DNA of 64,000 bases from Octopus vulgaris. Taxonomy: Eukaryota. The notes under the pieces were generated by a model. It was not told where the DNA came from. It made no database searches and worked only from the letters and a program-made list of their open reading frames with translations. The stretch spans positions 92,194,001 to 92,258,000 of the forward strand of contig OX597822.1 in NCBI GenBank assembly GCA_951406725.2, read 5' to 3'. Of the stretch, positions 61,064-64,000 are shown in pieces. The translations under genes were made by a program, and so were the position numbers. How positions within the stretch are numbered: the stretch's first letter is position 1; the number at the start of each line of letters is the position of its first letter.

Positions 61064-61240
61064 CATAGTTGTGTGGTTAAGAAAATTGCTTCTCAACCAT
61101 GTACTTTCAGGCTCGATCTCACTCCGTAGCACCTTGGGCAATTGTCTTCTACTATAGCCCTGAGCCAGCAAAAGTCTCGGGAGTTGACAGAAACTGAAAG
61201 AAGTCTGTTGAACGTGTATATGTATGTAATGTTTGTATAT
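61064..61240 (+). mobile_element. CORE-like SINE 5' half
   Basis: GTTGTGTGGTTAAGAA…AGCACCTTGGGCAATTGTCTTCTACTATAGCC…GAAACTGAAAGAAG. Confidence 0.65.
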
Positions 61241-62391
61241 AGACATAAGTTTTACAAACCTGTAGGTTAGGTATTGTCTATGTGGCTGAGAAATTAATTT
61301 CACAATTGTGATTCAGGGTTCAAAACTTTGTTTGTGAAATTTGAGATACGAAAACTGTAGGGAAGCCTGGTGAAAGTGGTGGGTATGACCAAACAACTAC
61401 ACACAGATATACACACATAAGCATCAATATGGATGGAAAATGAATTTAGTGTATTGAACAAAAATCCCTGTATTGGTATATCATTTTTTTTTTTGTTACC
61501 TCATTTACTTTTGCCCTTCTTTAATAGGATGATTAAATGAGTACCAGATAAAATACTGAAGCTAATATAAATAACAAAAGCCCCTGAAGTGTGTGACCTA
61601 GCATGATTGAATTACTGTGAAGAGCAAAAGAGTAACATTAAGAATACTCCTTTATAAGTGGTCCTGCTTGCTTGCATTGACCAGATGAGTCTATTTTGGG
61701 CAGTTTCCTATGACCAAATACCCTTCCTGACATCAACCACCACTTGTTTTCAAGCAAAGTAATAATTTCCCTGTCTACAGAACAAAAACAGCCCAGACAT
61801 GTTTTGTCTGGAAACAGATAGCACCATATGAATAAGTATTTTGTTTACAAAGATTGTGCAGTATTTCAAAATACATCAAGAAACTGAGACATGCTTACAT
61901 GGTTGACTTCAAGCAAGCAACACTGTCAGCAAAGCTATTGTTTACAACCTTTGAATTTGAAGGAAATACAAATTTACACACATGCATGCACACACACACA
62001 CACACTCTCTTCTTAACCACATAGACAGACCTAATATGCAGGTTTGTAGAACTTATATAAATGGAAGTGTCTTGGCATGACCAGGAACATCTAACAGTAT
62101 ACATGCATACATCATCATCATTTAATGCCCACTTTCCCATGTTTGTACAATTCAAACAGAATTTGTTGAGGCAGATGTCCTTCCTGTTGCCAACCTTCAC
62201 TTGCTTCCAAGCAAGGTAACACTTCCCATGGCCAGACCTGTTGTTCATATTTCACAAACATCACTTGTATGATAGCAATGCTTATTTATAAGCATTCCAT
62301 GATGAAAATATGAGAGTACATATGCACACATACATACACACACACACACACGATGGTTCTCTTGCAGTTTCCATTTACTAAATCCACACAC

Positions 62392-62908
62392 GAAGACCTG
62401 TTGAGGCAAGCGAAGTCGAAATCGAATTCAAAATTGAACCAATCTTATGACTGGCACCCGGCAGTTGCCAGGGCCGCTGGACTGACTCCTGTGCAGGTGG
62501 CAAGTAAAGAACCACCATTTTGACCCTGTGCTTGAGGAGATCCATTGAGTCAAGGGCACCAACATCAAAGATCAATGGAATCTGCAGTTGTGATCCCTGT
62601 GCCGGTGGCACGTAAAAAGCACCATCCGAACGTGGCCGATGCCAGCACCACCTAAACTGGCTTCCGTGCCGGTGGCACATAAAAAGCACCAATCCGATCG
62701 TGGCCGTTGCCAGCCTCGCCTGGCACCTGTGCCGGTGGTACATAAAAAGCACCCACTACACTCTTGGAGTGGTTGGGAAAGGCATCCAGCTGTAGAAACA
62801 CTGCCAGATCAGACTGGTGCAGCCTTCTGGCTTCCCAGATCCCTGGTCGAACCGTCCAACCCATGCTAGCATGGAGAACGGACGTTAAATGATGATGATG
62901 ATGATGAT
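62392..62908 (+). mobile_element. RTE 3' UTR/tail inserted into a minus-strand CORE-like SINE (62340-63032)
   Basis: Repeat units GTGCCGGTGGCACRTAAAAAGCACC and (GAT)n tail. The flanks join to …AAATCCACAC.CAGAGCTTTGGTC…GAAGACACTTGCCC of the SINE. Confidence 0.8.
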
Positions 62909-63077
62909 TCCCAGAGCTTTGGTCAGTCAAGACTAATAGAAGACACTTGCCCATGGTGGTGTGCAATTAAACCGATCCCATGACTATATGGTTGGGAATC
63001 AAGCTTCTTAGCCATTCAGTCACATTTGTGCCTATAAATATAAACACACATTCATACACGCATATGTGTGTGTGTGC

Positions 63078-64000
63078 GCACTGAAAAGTTCATAGGCTGA
63101 CTTTGAAGGAGTGATGCTAGAGTTGTAAAATCTTGCCTGCATTAATTTCAACTGTGCTTTATAATAACTGCATTGTTTTTTCAAGGTAAACTCATTGCTA
63201 CTAGTTATTTCAAAAGTAGCTAGTAGCAACAAATTTGGTATGCTAGTATTATGAAGTACCTGCAGAAAAAAGGTTTAGCCCCCAGCGACATTCATGCTGA
63301 CGTAGTTGCTACATTAGTGGGGGATGCTCCAGTTTTATCAACAGTGCAAAAGAGGACAGTTGAATTTAGGAGGTGAATGGTGAGTCTTGAAGATGAATCA
63401 ACATCAGGACGTCCTACAACTGCCACCACTGAGGAAAACATTGATCGTGTTCACTACATGATGCTGGATGAGAGGCAACTGACTATAAATCAAATAGCCA
63501 ATGTTAGCATATCCCATGAGATAGTTGAGAAGATTCTGCACAATGAACTTGGCAAGATGAAGGTTTCTGCTGGGGTGGGTGCCATCTCTTCTGGATGCCT
63601 GATCAAAAGCACACTAGGCTGACCACATCATGTTTGAGACAGATCCAGCTGGCTTTCTTCAGCAGTTCCTAACCCATGATGAGTGTTGAGCTCATCACTT
63701 TGAGTCAAAGACAAAAAGATAATCCAAAGAGTCTTGTTTCATCAGGACAATACTCCGGAACACAAGTCCTGGTTTCAATAACTGTTGTGTGTGACTGTGA
63801 CTTTGAACTGGTTGATCACCCTCCCTATTCTCTGTTCTTTGTTTCCTGACTATCATCTGTTCCCCAACATGAAAAAACACTTGGCTGGGAACGAGTATCA
63901 CAATGGTGATGATGTATCTGCTGTTGATGACTGTTTTAAGCAACAGGATTAAAGCTTCTTCTCCAATGAGATCCAAGCACTGCAACACTGATGGAAGAAG
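63078..64000 (+). mobile_element. Degenerate mariner transposon, runs off the window end
   Basis: SLEDESTSGRPTTATTEENIDRVH…ILHNELGKMKVSA; FHQDN; HPPYS…DYHLFPNMKKHLAG. Confidence 0.85.

Overview
This is AT-rich, repeat-dense animal genomic DNA. The SINE, RTE and microsatellite repertoire suggests a cephalopod, probably Octopus (inference). I recognise no host protein-coding exon. A strong AG|GTAAGT site at 16611/16612 suggests the window may lie inside a long + strand intron. The largest element is a full-length Tx1-group L1 retrotransposon (1723-6944, minus strand, 12-bp TSD; ORF1 with a CCHC knuckle, ORF2 APE-RT-CCHC, broken only by four single-base homopolymer shifts). It is nested in a non-autonomous Helitron (1255-7630). 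The window also holds many RTE fragments, several tRNA-derived SINE families, Tc1/mariner remnants, piggyBac-like MITEs, Penelope-like (PLE) GIY-YIG remnants, an intact tRNA-Gly(TCC) fused to a CR1-like LINE tail, and a 3.5-kb TA-type microsatellite field. The most interesting signals are at RNA level. There are five hammerhead-ribozyme motifs of four designs. One (29324-29398, minus) has its three strands in a non-circularly permuted, pseudoknotted order. Two others belong to a tRNA-headed element with PLE-style inverted duplications. There are also two visible SINE/LINE tail partnerships: Meta-like SINE with the Tx1 3' end, and CORE-like SINE with the CR1-like 3' end. All structures were read by eye and not computed.
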